Below, in pieces: positions 45,030 to 58,980 of a stretch of 64,000 nt of DNA; the stretch's first letter is position 1, and every line of letters starts with the position of its first letter. The DNA is taken from NCBI RefSeq assembly GCF_009914755.1, contig NC_060929.1; one strand, given 5' to 3'. The stretch comes from the human T2T-CHM13v2.0 reference genome, Homo sapiens. The notes below the pieces were generated by a model. The model saw only the letters and a list, made by a program, of their open reading frames with translations, searched no databases and was not told the DNA's origin. A program made the position numbers and the translations under genes.

Positions 45030-45669
45030 TGAAACAGGAGAGTCCTCTGAGTCCCCTCGCAGGACATGGAACAGTGGTGTGGCTTGTCTGTTTGGTTGCT
45101 GCCGCTGCTCAAACCCCTTATGGGAGGGGGAGCACGCAGATGGACAGGTGCAGGAACCCTTTCTTGCAAAGGCAGAGGGCCAGTATGACAGCTTTCTGTA
45201 TCCCAAGCTCTTGTCCAGTGTCTTGGAAGAATCAGGTGACACATGGACTTGATGATGAATGAGGGGTTTTATTGGGTGGTGGAGGTGGCTCTCAGTGGGA
45301 TGGATGGGGAGGTGGACAAGGGATGGAGTAGAAAGATGATCTTCCTCTGGAATTTGGCTATCCAGCTGCTGATTCTCTGACCGTCCCCAGCTGAACTCCT
45401 CCCAACGTTCACTTTCTGTTTTCTCCTCTGCCACGCCGTTCTGCCGCCCATCTCCTCATCTGTTCCTCTCCTGCTTCTGGAGCCTGGGGTTCAGGGTTTA
45501 TATGGGTACAGGATAGGTGGGAGTGGCAGGCCAAAAGGCAACTTTTTGGGTGCCAAAACAGGAGTGCCCATTCTCACTTAGGGCTGTGAGTATCCAGGCT
45601 TGAGGGTGGGACCTTTTCCAGGGAACTGCCCACTTCTACCCAGTATTTCCTTGTCTCCTGTCTGTATCA
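45030..45669 (-). mobile_element. LTR1-family ERV1 solo LTR (second copy)
   Basis: TG...CA termini; homologous to 40401-41151 but lacking an internal block; perfect TSD tttc at 45026-45029 and 45670-45673. Confidence 0.85.
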
Positions 45670-46329
45670 TTTCCAGATTTATGTCCTTATTTTATCTTAA
45701 TTTCTCATCTCTCCCCTGTATTTCCAGATATGTTTGTGTGTATATTTTATCTTAATTTTTTTATTAAGTACTTCTTTATTTATTAAAAAAATCCAAAGCT
45801 TTAAAAAAATAAGGAAAATGGAAAATGACCCACAATTTCTTCATCCTGTTAATATTTCTTGACCTAAAAAGTAATGCATATGTTTTGTTGGAAAATTCTG
45901 ATAGTACAGAAAGGAACCAAAGCAAAAAGTAAAGCTTCCTTGCCCTTTCCTTCATATCTTTAACTTTAGCATTTAATAGTCTGCTGTGTTTTATGTGACT
46001 GTTTACCTTCTTCATTAGACTCTAAACTCCTTAAAGGTTGCCACCATAACTTTGTATCCAGTGCGGTACATTGTAGATGGTGAGCATACAATAATGTTTG
46101 CATTGTTGTATTCACATGTTATCACTTCTAAGAGTTTTTATTTAGACAGACTTTATAATGTATATGGCACATATAATAGGTAAACCTAGTTGGTTTTTAT
46201 TTGTAGAGTTGCATGGAAATGTGTGATTGTTCTAGGCATTGGAAGAAGGAGATCTTCTGGCCCAGCAGCTTAGGATTGTAAAGAGTAGAGATTCTCTTGA
46301 CTTTCCTTGTCCTTTGTAGAAAGACTATA

Positions 46330-46740
46330 GATCATTGGGATTTTGGAAGAGCTACAACTCATGTCTCAAGAAAGGGAGGGATGGGTCCCATCTCATCTCA
46401 GTCTCTCTTTCTCACGGGGCCTCTGTTTTTCTCTATCTGCTCACTCTCCTATCTTTTGTAATATGCTTCCTTCCTTTGCTTACTCATGTGGCCCCTGGCC
46501 CAGTGGGTCACTCCTGCCCTGACTCTGCAGGACCCTCCAGCTCAGCAGCCCACAGATAAATGACAACAGTCTCTAAGTGTACCAGCTCCCAGTGCTAGGA
46601 GAGCACCCGGGTTGGCCTAGTTCATCTTTTTTGTCAGACTGATGGTACAGGATGTCTATAGGTAGCCGTGCTTGTGCCAGGTGTCTACCCCTGGACCAGT
46701 TAAACATGGCCATGGGGTAGGATCATGTGGTTAGAACCTG
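46330..46740 (-). mobile_element. old MLT1(I/J)-like LTR
   Basis: gtgccaggtgtctacccctggaccagttaaacatggccatggggtaggatcatgtgg resembles an antisense MLT1I/J end. Confidence 0.4.
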
Positions 46741-48472
46741 ATTAGGCTGGCTCAGCAGGGCTCTGGCAGGAAACAGAGTCCCTGAGGGAAGTGTGGAAAT
46801 TTTAGATTAAATCAAGTAATGAGCAGTTAAATATGTGGGGGTACTTGAAGAAATAAAGACTCAGACGTGAACTGCCAGCTTCCTTGATTGTTCAAAAATG
46901 GTTATTCCATGGATGAGGAGGCCCCTTTTTTCTGAGTAGCTCCAGAGAGTATAGCATGAACCAGTAACTAAGAGTTAAAGTGAGGTGCTGAGTGTATTAG
47001 GAAAACAAACCCTAATAACTGTCGATGAATGGACTGCATCTTGAGGTTGTAAGTTTTATTTACAGAAAATGTTTGAATAGAACATGGATGAGCTCTTTCA
47101 ATGAAGCATTTGTGCATTTGGAAAGACTTGCATCCAATGACCTTGAAAAGTTTTTTCCAACATTTGCAATTCCAAGGACTTACTTTTAAGGGTTTCTTCT
47201 CAACCACATTCACAAAACATCTAGGCAAACACATGTGCACCTCTGAGTTTAACACCTGGCATGTGGCATTTACACAATTGAAGAGCTCTTCCTGATTTGT
47301 GCCTCCCAGTTTGATTGCAATATCACTGGAGGCTACTTAGCCATCTGGATGTTGCTACCTCCTGTCTCCTGCAGTGCTATTGCATCCAGCTAGGTTTGGT
47401 AGCCTTGGGCTCCTTTCATTTTCCAAACAGCTAAGCAATTATGATACTGGAAGCAAGAACAAGGCTGACGACAAAGCCACCCTTTTCTTAGTGAGAACAG
47501 AAGAAAAGCTTGACTGCCTGGAAAGAATCTACTAGTGATTTTCAATCACCGAACTCATTGCTAACTAACATTGTAATTAGAGTTAAACCATGAAGGCCAA
47601 GATTTAGGAGACCATCTGGTCTGCTGTTTGAAGAGAGGAAGAACATTCCAACCTTGGAGAATGGAATCGTTGGGGCTCCTGAAAGTGACCTTGTACTTTA
47701 CTTGACTTTTTTCTGTTCCAATCTCCTCTGTGATGGATGGCAAATGCTGTGGTGGAAAAAACAGATGTTGTCCAAGACCTTGGCAGAATGGGTTGCCTCC
47801 ATTCTCTGGCTTGAATCCAGCAGCACCAAATCTGTGACCATTTTCTGAAGGCCTGTTAAATGCAAGGTACTGTGCTAATCCTTGTGTATTAAAAGCATAT
47901 GGCATCCTCCTTTATGGAGACTAGAATCTAATTGGAGGGCAAAACATAAATAGTTGAACAATTGAAATGACAAATCCAAAGAGGTTGAAGTAGAGGGACC
48001 CTAGTGATGTATGCTTTGAAGACTGAAGGGATAACATATGGAGATGTTAGCTGGGCCTTATGGACTTGATACGTCGAAGCGCATTCAAGGTAAGTAGAGC
48101 TGTTTTGTGCAAGGCAAGTTACCAAAAAGCCAACACCCTTTTGGAAGATCTCCAGTGCATCAATTTGAGGAAAGCACTCTCATGGGATGTTAGATTTAGC
48201 ACTCTCTCCTGGTAGACAGGGAGCTAAATCATTCAGTTATGTGTCCTCAGCATGCATATCCCAGTACCTTTTTGTAAACTTTGAAAGCAGCATTTCAAAG
48301 GCAGTTCTAGTCTGTGTTACTGCCTTTGCCTTGAGTTATAGACTTGCATCATTTATGGTAATTTCCTGACATGTGCCTCTTCTATTGAGCCAAGAATTTG
48401 CCTGCCTCTAACACCCACTTTGAAGCCTAACTTTGACCTTGAGAATCATAGGGAAAAAGTATCACCTTTTTT

Positions 48473-49053
48473 CTTTTCACTTCTTGTTTTTTTCTTTAAC
48501 TTTTATTTTAAGTTCAGGGGTACATGTGCAGGATGGGCAGGTTTGTTAAATAGGTAAATGTGTACCATGGTGGTTTGCTGCACAGATCATCCCATCACCT
48601 AGGTATTAGACCTAGCATCCATTAGCTATTCCTCCTGATGCTCTCCCTCCTTCAACTCCTCCCAACAGGCCCCAGTGTGTGTCGTTTCCATTCGTGTGTC
48701 TATGTGTTCTCATCATTTGGCTTCCACTTGTAAGTGAGAACATGTGGTGTTTGGTTTTTTGTTCCTGTGTTAGTTTGCTGAGTATAATAGCTTCCAACTC
48801 CATCCATGTCCCTACAAAGGACATGATCTCATTCCTTTTTATGGCTGCATGTATTTCATGGTATATATGTACTACATTTTCTTTATCCAGTCTATCATTG
48901 ATGGGCATTTAGGTTGATTCCATGTCTTTGCTATTGTGAACAGTGTTGTGGTCAATATACGCATGTATGTGTCTTTATAATAGGATGATTTATATATTTT
49001 TGGGTATTATGCCCAATAATGGGATTGCTGAGTCAAATGGTATTTCTGTCTCT
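48473..49053 (-). mobile_element. mid-age L1PA (about PA8-11) 3' end
   Basis: aacttttattttaagttcaggggtacatgtgcagg...; TSD agtatcacctttttt at 48458-48472 and 49054-49068. Confidence 0.92.
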
Positions 49054-49779
49054 AGTATCACCTTTTTTTCTGTACCATGGCCATTCTGGTATTTGAAGTC
49101 AGCTATTACACCTCTTCTGAATTTTGTCTCTCCTGGGTTAACCATCTACAATTTCTTCCTGTTTCCCACAATATTGCCCTCACTGTTTTGGTTGCCTCAA
49201 GCTACTGTTGATGGCAGTTTTGCCCAGTTTTGCACCTGTGGCAAGATAACTTGGGATATGGATGATCTATGTTTTTGATAGGTCAATTGCCCTTCCATAA
49301 ATGCAATCGCTTCTCTTAGGAGGAACTCTCAGTCTTTATTGGAGCTCTGTGAGCTGTGATCTTCTTGGGGCACTGACTAGAAGGGTTAGAACTGAAGCAT
49401 CTGTATCAGAGAGGGCTTTGAAGAAATAGATTCCTATTTCCTGTACCTGTCTTCTTTCACCTCTAGTCTCTTTTCTACAGAAAGAACACACACAAAGATA
49501 GCACACACATCTCTATTCAGTCTGCAAAGCATAACACCTTGCTGAGCATTTGCTTTCCAGGTAACCTCCACTATTTTATAGGCATTTACTTATGAAGTTA
49601 TTCAAGCAATTAAATCATTCATTTGCTCATTTATTGAGCACCATACATAACAGACTTGTGCTACAGATGCAGATTCAAAGTAGAGTCTGTGTCCTTAAGG
49701 AGATTACAGGCTTAATAGAGATAGGCTCCTGGAGGAGTGGATTATAGTTCAGTGGGTTAAATGCTAAAATGAGCATAGC

Positions 49780-50070
49780 AGCTAGGCGTGGTGGCACATG
49801 CTTGTAATCCCAGCACTTTGGGAGGCTGAGGCAGGCGAATCACTTGAGGCCAGGAGTTCAAGACCAGCCTGGCCAGCACAGTGAAACCCCATCTCTACTA
49901 AAAATAGAAAAAAATAGCTGGGCATGGTGGTGCATGCCTATAATCCCAGCTACTTAGGAGAATTGCTTGAACCCAGGAGGCAGAGGTTGCAGTGAACCAA
50001 GATCATGCTACTGCACTCCAGCCTGGGTGACAGAGTGAGACTCTGCCTCAAAGAAAAATAAAATAAAATA
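49780..50070 (+). mobile_element. AluS within an L2 fragment
   Basis: Alu with a short right-arm deletion; flanks aaaatgagcatagcag / aaaataatcatagtag. Confidence 0.9.
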
Positions 50071-50976
50071 ATCATAGTAGAAACACAAAGTAGGGAGTGA
50101 TGAAGTGGGTAGTACTGGAGGACGTTGGGGGGACTTAATACCAGAAGATCATAATGACTAGATCATGTGTTGCTTGAAAGCAGGGACAGGGCCTTATTCA
50201 TCCATTTTAGCCTCTGCTCCTAGCATAGTGTCCAACATGTTATAAATGCCCAGTTAATATTCATGGAAGAAGCTGAATGAGCTACCGTCTTCTGTTAAAG
50301 CTGGAGCAGCTCTTCTCTGAAGTTGCATTCAACAAGCACACGGTTGAAGAGAAAGAGCCTAAAGAGGATGCCCCAAACTGCTGGATTTTTGCCAGGAGAG
50401 TACAGAAGGAGTCCAACAAGTTGAGTTCTTCCGCATGAAAAATGCCATATCTCCCTGTAACTTAGTGTTTCCACGTGTAGCTTTCTCACTCCTGCTGGGA
50501 ACTTGCGCTGGGGTTCTGGAGGCCACCTGTTTCCCAGCATTTGGTCTTGGGGAAAGGAGAGGAGATGTCTCTGTTCCTGTGAAATTCCTCCCACTTCTCA
50601 CCCCATGGGAGACTCTCTCTCTGCATTCCTGATGACTTTCAACTCTCACCTCACTAGATAGCAACGACTGCAACATGCTTGTCGAAAGACAAAAGCTCCA
50701 GCTACTCAACTGTCAGCTCCTCATGGTGTTTGCAAATTACACAACCATTGGGAAAATGCCCATTGCCTTACACTTTAAAGTGTTTGGGTCTTACTCCCCT
50801 AAACACCCAGAGTAAATACTGAAAAGTGTACAAAACTTTATATGTACATTATTCCATTAATTCTATGACATAGTCAGTGGAGGTGTCCTCCCCTTTATTT
50901 ATAACGATGAGCCTATGAAGAGCTTTGGTTTCTCAAGACCATATTTTTGTTAAGAACTGAACTTGAACCCAGGGCT

Positions 50977-50978
<2 letters not shown>

Positions 50979-51020
<42 letters not shown>

Positions 51021-51340
51021 TTTTAAGTTCAGGGGAACACGTGCAGGTTTGTTATACAGGTAAACTTGTGTCATGAAGGTTTGTTGTACAGATTATTTCA
51101 TCACCTAGGTATTAAACCTAGTACCCATTAGTGATTTTTCCTGATCCTCAACCTCCTTCCACCCTCCACCCTCTGACAGGCCCCAGTGTGTGTTGTTCCC
51201 CTCTATGTGTTTATACATGCTCATCATTTAGCTCTCACTTAGAAGTGAGAACATGTGGTATTTGGTTTTCTGTTCCTGCGTTAGTTTGCTGAGAATAATG
51301 GCCTCCAGCTCCATCTATGTTCCTGCAAAGGACATGATCT
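50979..51340 (-). mobile_element. old L1PA (about PA11-13) 3' end with 39-nt pure poly(A) tail
   Basis: T39 then aacttttaagttcagggg...gattatttcatcacctaggtattaa; ctagttttt on both flanks. Confidence 0.9.
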
Positions 51341-51599
51341 CTAGTTTTTCTTAATATTTTTAAAATAAATTTTATCTTGGTTTTGAAAGTTAGATATGCT
51401 CACTATAGAAAATCTGGATAAAAGAAGAAAAGTAAAACCATGACAACAGAGATAGTTGCTATTAACGGCTTGGATTTTCTTCTGGTCTTTTTATTCTGTG
51501 CCCAGAAATATTACAACTACGTACACGTACACATTTGTTTGGATATTGGAATCCTGTTACACCTGTCATTTTATGCCTTGCCTTTGACTTATTAGAATA

Positions 51600-52190
51600 G
51601 CATTCATTTACTTGACATGCCTTTATGGAGCATCTTCTACATGCCAGGTGTGAGCTGAGTCCCATAGTCAGGTGGGGACAGTGGCATTCAACAAATAATC
51701 ACAGTAGTAAATGCAGAGTCAGGGACTGTGATAGTAACATGGAGGAAAAAAGATGATAGGAGGCAGGGGACAAGGAGATCTGATTTAGACTCAAGAGTTA
51801 GGGAAGGGCTTTCTGGGAGAAGAGACACTTAAAACTGAGTCCTCTGGACTGAGGAGGCTTTTGCCAGGAAGTCGGGGCTGAGGTGCAGGCAGCATCCAAT
51901 TTGCGGGCTATGAGTGAAATCCCAGAGCCAGCAAGAACTTTCCAGGGCTGTGGGGCTGAAAGAAGGTCCCCGTGCCAGGTGGGAGCACAGCAAGGGAGAG
52001 GAGGCTGGCAAGAGGCAAAGCTGGAGAAAAGGCAGGACCTAGAGCCTTAGGGCCATATAAAGGTTGGGGTGGGCAGGGGCGGTCTTTATCCTCATACCAA
52101 GTGAAGGCAGTGACGGGTTTTAAACAAGGGAGGATCCTGATCTGCTTCACTTTAAAATGATCATTTAGGCTGAATTGAGGAGTATGATGG
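51600..52190 (-). mobile_element. L2 fragment
   Basis: cattcatttacttgaca..tttatggagcatcttctacatgccagg...gggttttaaacaagggaggatcctgatctg. Confidence 0.6.
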
Positions 52191-52229
52191 GGGGCAGGGG
52201 AGGAGGAATTTAATTTAATTTATCATTAC

Positions 52230-52670
52230 ACATTCTGTTACACAAGTTTTAATGGCAACATATTATTCTATTTTCTCAATATGCTGTAATTTAAAAAATT
52301 CCCTGGTTTGGTGTTATTTTTGTTATAACTTTTGAGGTAGTGAACATCCCTACAGTAAGTTATTGAGCATAGCAATGGTGATTGCCTTTGACAAAATCCC
52401 TAGAGGTGGAATTGTTGGCTCAGAAGGTGTGCATAGTTGTAAAGCTGTTTTTCTACATTTCTAAATTGCCCCCTGAAAAGCTGTATGAATTTTAGCTCCC
52501 CCAGGTAGGGAATAAATGCACTGATTTCCATATTCCATGGCCAACTCTAATTTAAAAAGTCTATGCCATGATAAGCTAAAAAGGAGATCTCGTTTTAATT
52601 TCCATTTCTTTGATTACCAGCATGAGAGAACATTTTCATAAGCATATAAGTCATTTACAGTTTTTAAATT
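52230..52670 (-). mobile_element. L1ME-like fragment
   Basis: cctagaggtggaattgttggctcagaagg...ttttaatttccatttctttgattacc. Confidence 0.55.
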
Positions 52671-52989
52671 GCACCTGACCCCACATATTTATGTTTCTGG
52701 ATCAGAGCTCCTTCTAGCATAGCTCTCACCTCTTTAGGATGTTTTCTAGGGGTTTCATGAGCTTTCCAGGCCAGGCTGACTTTAGCTCCAGGGAGACCAT
52801 CTTCAAGGTTCAAAGATGCTGACAGGCATAAATGACCATCCTGGGAGTGGGAGACCTAGGCATTTTTATTTACCATAGAGACTCATACAAAAAGGACAAA
52901 ATAAATAAATAAAAAGATCCTAAGATAGAGATATTTTTCATATTCTTCCTTCTGTTAATATATAAGACGACTGGGTACTTTGTTTAGAT

Positions 52990-53278
52990 CAGTGCTATCT
53001 GCTGAAAACAGGAGACCTCTATGCAATTTAACATTTAGTGCCATAATAAAAAAGAAAGGTGAAAGTATTTTTGATAGCATTTAATTTAAACCAGTATATT
53101 AAATATGATCATATCTATACATAATCAATATAAAAATTAATGATATTTTATATTTTTTCTCATACGAAGTCTTAAAATTTAGTGTGCATTTCACATTTAA
53201 GCACATCTCAGATAGGCCTGGGCACACTTCAGGAGCTCAATAGCCCTACTGTGGCCTGTGTGATTGTTGGCCAGCATG
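52990..53278. mobile_element. MER33 hAT-Charlie element
   Basis: catttaatttaaaccagtatatt...aatcaatataaaaattaatga...gcacatctca...gctcaatagcc. Confidence 0.7.
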
Positions 53279-53766
53279 AGTCTGGATGGTGGCCTGGAAG
53301 GCATGACATAAGATTTATAGCTTCATGAGATTTTAGAGCTGGAGAGGAGTTTAGTAAGCGAACGCTCACTAGAGACACTGAAGGGAGAAGTCTCTGCCAA
53401 GGCCACGTGGCTGGGCCGTGGTAAGGAATTGACACAGGTCTCTGCTGTCCCAGTACCACTTCTTCCGTTTTGGGATTATCGGGAGGTAATGAAATGCAGG
53501 CCACACAGTGAACTCTCACTAGAGGGTGAAGATGACGTCGTGGTTGCGGTGGTTCTACTATGCACAACACCGTGGCTACATTAAAATAAAAGAAGTTTTA
53601 AGCCCTACTCCCCGCACGAAGCAGAGGAAGGGTGAGCAGGGAGGAGATCCTCCTGTCGTGTCCATTCTGAGCCTTAAGTATATTTCTGTTTTTCAAGGCA
53701 AATAGATTCTGGTCCACTTTTAGAAACCTTAATCTCGGTCTTCGTTGTGTCTGGTGAATACATGAG

Positions 53767-53785
53767 TGACCAGCAGGTGGTGCCA
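53767..53785 (+). promoter_or_regulatory. candidate CTCF binding site
   Basis: tgaCCAGCAGGTGGtGCca versus consensus TGGCCASYAGRKGGCRSY, in non-repeat sequence. Confidence 0.5.
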
Positions 53786-53990
53786 GAGACAGTTGGTAGC
53801 CAGGGAATGCCCTAACTGTCCTCGGCTGGGATAGCTGAGGTCACTCACTGGCTGGAGTTGAGCATCTGGGGCTCACATGCAGACGTGATGGGAAACTGGA
53901 TCCTTTTAATATGAAAAATGGGTAACTGTAGAGCTAATTCTTATTGTATAAAAATAGCACTCATTTTTTTCACTTTAATAGATATTTATC

Positions 53991-54293
53991 AGGCTGGGTG
54001 TGGTGGCTCATGCCTGTAATCCCAGCACTTTGGGAGGCTGAGGCGGGCAGATCACCTGAGGTCAGGAGTTTGAGACCAGCCTGTCCAACATGGCGAAGCC
54101 CTGTCTCTACTGAAAATACAAAAGTTAGGTGGGTGTGGTGGTGTGCACCTGTAATCGCAGCTACTGGGGAGGCTGAGGCAGGAGAATTGCTCGAAACCCG
54201 GGAGGCGGAGGTTGCAGTGAGCTGAGATTGTGCCACTGTACTCCAGCCTGGGTGACAGAGTGGGACTCCATCTCAAAAAAAAAAAAAAAAAAA
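53991..54293 (+). mobile_element. AluSx-like
   Basis: full Alu; ttatca on both flanks. Confidence 0.95.
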
Positions 54294-55179
54294 TTATCAA
54301 AAGCCAATTCCAGATCTGGCCAGGAAAAGCATAGAGAAAATCCTGGAGGAGATAATTTTGAAGGACTGGCATTAAAAAGGAGTGTAAAATATGTCCTTGA
54401 TAAATGTTATATTGATTACAGGTTGATGTGATAACACCCAGAGTGTAACGCAATCAAGAGAGTTAAAGGAAAAGTGGTAGAGAAGTTCTTTGTGGAAGGA
54501 AAAACATGAAGGAGGATTAACTAATCGTGGATGACTTCATGAGGTGGCCCTGAGGCCCACCTGTGGTGTGGGGATGAGGAGGACTTTAGTAAGTGGTCAG
54601 GATGGATGAAGTGAGAGGGTCAGGGAAACTTAGACCTAAGGTTGGGAGGGACCGCAAATATTTCACGATCTGACTCCCACTACTCACATTTGATGCTCGA
54701 AGCCCCTTCTTAGAACAACTACTAGGTGGAGATGTTTGTCTTTGAAGGGACAGCCTGTATGAGTCCGCTTAAGAAAAACCCAGTTTGGCAGGCTTTGTGA
54801 ACTCAGAGGTTATAAGCAAGCAGCCTCCAGGCTAAATCTAGTCCACACAGGTGTGCAGCATGGCCTGCATAGCATTTTACACAATTTTCAAATTAGTGAT
54901 TAATATGTGAGCGTCTAGACTTACCATGGAAACATCCAGGTTTCTGACTGGAGGTGCACAATGGGTGTCCCCTGTGGTCAGGACAAGTGTCTCTCTGCTT
55001 GTTTGGCTTTGTGTTCTCTGCTTGACCTGGTAGCTTTAGAGTTTAAAATCTTTAGCTTAACTGCTTTAATCGCCCTAAGATTTCCATGTTCTCTGTGAGC
55101 ACAGAATTTAAGAAAGCAAGAGTATATATATTCCTCTTTTTAAATAAACCTCCCAATGAACAGATGTAAAATTTAGGAG

Positions 55180-56335
<1,156 letters not shown>

Positions 56336-56357
56336 GCTAAAGAAATTGGGATAAGTC

Positions 56358-56673
56358 AGCCAGGCGCAGTGGCTCATGCCTGTAATCCCAGGCCTTTGGG
56401 AGGCTGAGGTGGGCAGATCACAAGGTCAGGAGATCGAGACCATCCTGGCTAACACAGTGAAACCCCATCTCTACTAAAAATACAAAAAATTAGCCGGGCG
56501 TGGTGGCAGGCACCTGTAGTCCCAGCTGAGGGGAGAATGGCATGAGGCATTCTGAGGCAGGAGAATGGCATGAACCTGGGAGGTGGAGCTTGCAGTGAGC
56601 CAAGATCATGCCACTGCACTCCAGCCTGGGCAACAGAGCAAGACTCCATCTCAAAAAAAAAAAAAAAAAAAAA
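56358..56673 (+). mobile_element. AluY with internal rearrangement
   Basis: AluY diagnostics; perfect TSD aaagaaattgggataagt at 56339-56356 and 56674-56691. Confidence 0.95.
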
Positions 56674-56774
56674 AAAGAAATTGGGATAAGTAAAGAAAAA
56701 ATACTAACAAGGAGAAAAGAATGGCCAAGCCCATTATTGCCAATTATAGGCAGGAAACTCTTTCAGCCACTTTG

Positions 56775-57212
56775 TGTATTTAGTATTGCTCTAAAGGAAT
56801 ACCTGAGGGTGAGTAAGTCATAAAGGAAAAAGGTTTATTTGGCTCACGGTTCTGCACGCTGTACAAGAAGCTAGTGCTGGCATCTCCTTGGCTTCTGGTG
56901 AGGGCCTCAGGCTGCTTCCCACTCATGGTGGAAGGTGAAGAAAGCCAATGTGTGCAGAGACCACATGGTGAGAGAAGAAGCAAGAGCCAGAGGGGAGGTT
57001 CCAGGCTGTTTTTAAACAACCAACTCTTAAGATAACTAATAGATGGAGAACTCCCTTACTGCCCCCAACCCTGCATCCCCAGGGAGAGTATTAATCTATT
57101 TGTGAGGGATTTGCCCCCATCCTGCAAACACCTCCCTTTAGGACCTACCTCTGACCCTGGAGATCAAATTTCAACGTGAGATTGGGAGGGGACGAACATC
57201 CAAACCATAGCA
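56775..57212 (-). mobile_element. MSTB-like MaLR solo LTR
   Basis: ggtttatttggctcacggttctgca...gatcaaatttcaacgtgagattggg..aacatccaaaccatagca. Confidence 0.88.
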
Positions 57213-57899
57213 GCCACATTAATGTCTCAGGACACAGAGGCTCAATTTGCGTATGCATGACAATCTGTTGATAGTGTTGAAATGTCCAGCCTTAGCAGCA
57301 GTCCTGGGAACATGGCTTATATGTGGTTTTTCATCTGAGAGCCCAAACAAAGCATCAAAACAAAGTTTGGACAGAAACAGAAAACATGAAAGGGACTCAT
57401 TTCAGAACTTTCTCCTCTCGGTGACTATTTCAGAATAGAATTATTTTTCTTTTCTGCTCAACACATTTGTACTTGCAAGAACTGCTCATCACTGACTCTA
57501 TTAATTGAGTTTAGACAAAGACGGCTCCAATCCCTTTTGCTAAATTAAATAAGAGGACTCAAGAACAGGCAGTTTAAAAGTTTTATTTATTTATTTAAAA
57601 ATCTTTCTTGCCACCACAAAGAATGATAATTGTGTGGAACAAGAGACTTGCATGCATAGTGCTCAGCTTTTGCTAAAGTAAATCTTTCCATTGGGCATTG
57701 AACTGTAAATTCCAACATCAAGACTTCAGCAGGAACCTGCTGCACTAAATATTTCTAGGATGGATGTTGCCTGACTCAGTGGGTTTTTTGCTTTTCTTTA
57801 GACTCATGATTAATAATGTGCCTGTTCAGCAATGCCTGCACCTGGTTTGTATCTCCTTTGTGTTTATGAGACTTGTATGATTCCTAACATCAGCCAGTG

Positions 57900-58018
57900 T
57901 TTTTCCTTTTATTTTCCTTCCTTTTTCCACCCTCTCTGCCTCCCTTTCTCTCTCTCTCTCCTTCCTTCCTTTCTACCCTCCTCCCTCTCTCCCTCCCTTC
58001 CTTTTCCTCCCTTCTTTC
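57900..58018. repeat. CT-rich polypyrimidine tract
   Basis: about 120 nt almost purely C/T. Confidence 0.9.
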
Positions 58019-58604
58019 TGAGCAGAACACAAACAGTGCCTTAAATTAAGTTTCCTTCTGCTGGTTGTGTAATCATGGAATCCTAGACAATTAGATTTGG
58101 ATGCGATCTCGTGAGCTGATCAACTCTAATCCTCCATCTGGGGCAAAAATCTCCTCTAGAATACCTGGGCAGAGATTGTTTAGCCTTTCCATGTTCATCT
58201 TCAGTGCCAGGGAATTCACTGCCCCAGATTAGGATGGCTCCCTTATGAGACCCTTCTACTGATTCTCAGAGATACGTGACCCTACCATCCTTGGTGTGGT
58301 TTTCTGAATCTGAAAGGGACATATTTGTCCTTCCAAGTAATGAAGGTCCCCACGCCCTTGATAAAAAGGACCCTTTCTTAATCCAACTGTATTCAGGCAA
58401 CTTTGATAAGTATGTAGTTTGAAGGAATGCACTTGATGAACTCAAATATAATTTTTTTGTTTTAACATTTTCTGCTTGAATAATGACTGCACTGCAGGCT
58501 GGTCTGTGCTTATGAACTAAAAAACATATGGTGTGACCTGAAGGGTCCATGGCTGGCAAAATGGGTAAGACCTCTCTCCAGAAGCTTCCCCTCTACCCAG
58601 AGTA

Positions 58605-58980
58605 CAGTGTGGTGGTTATGAGTTTGGTTTTGGAGTCAGGCTGCCTGAAACCCTTTCCTTGCCCCATAATAGTTATATGGCTTTGGCAAGTACCTACTTC
58701 CTAGGCTTGTTAAGGGGGTGAAGTGATAATGTATGTAAGTGTGTGGTATAATTTCTGGTACATAGTAAGAACACAATTAATGCTAGTTGTTTTTAGTAGT
58801 GCTATTACTACTACTACTACTTATCTGAATTACTAAAATTCTACATTAGGCTATACTAATGTGCAGAACTTCTGAATCAGTAGGTTCAGATTGGGGCTGG
58901 GCAATCTGCCTTTTTAACAAGCCCCTTGAGTGATTAGGATGTAGGTGGTTCTCAGACTACATTGTGAGGAGTGCTGCATT
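58605..58980. mobile_element. MIR followed by (TAC)n and a MER5 relic
   Basis: gtacagtgtggtggttatgag..ttggagtcaggctgcctg; ctgaatcagtagg...ttttaacaagccccttgagtgatt. Confidence 0.6.

Noticed and set aside
40401-45669. The two LTR1 copies as the 5' and 3' LTRs of one provirus
   Set aside because: The second has its own perfect TSD, the copies differ by large indels, and the interval holds L2/MIR host DNA with no gag, pol, env or PBS.
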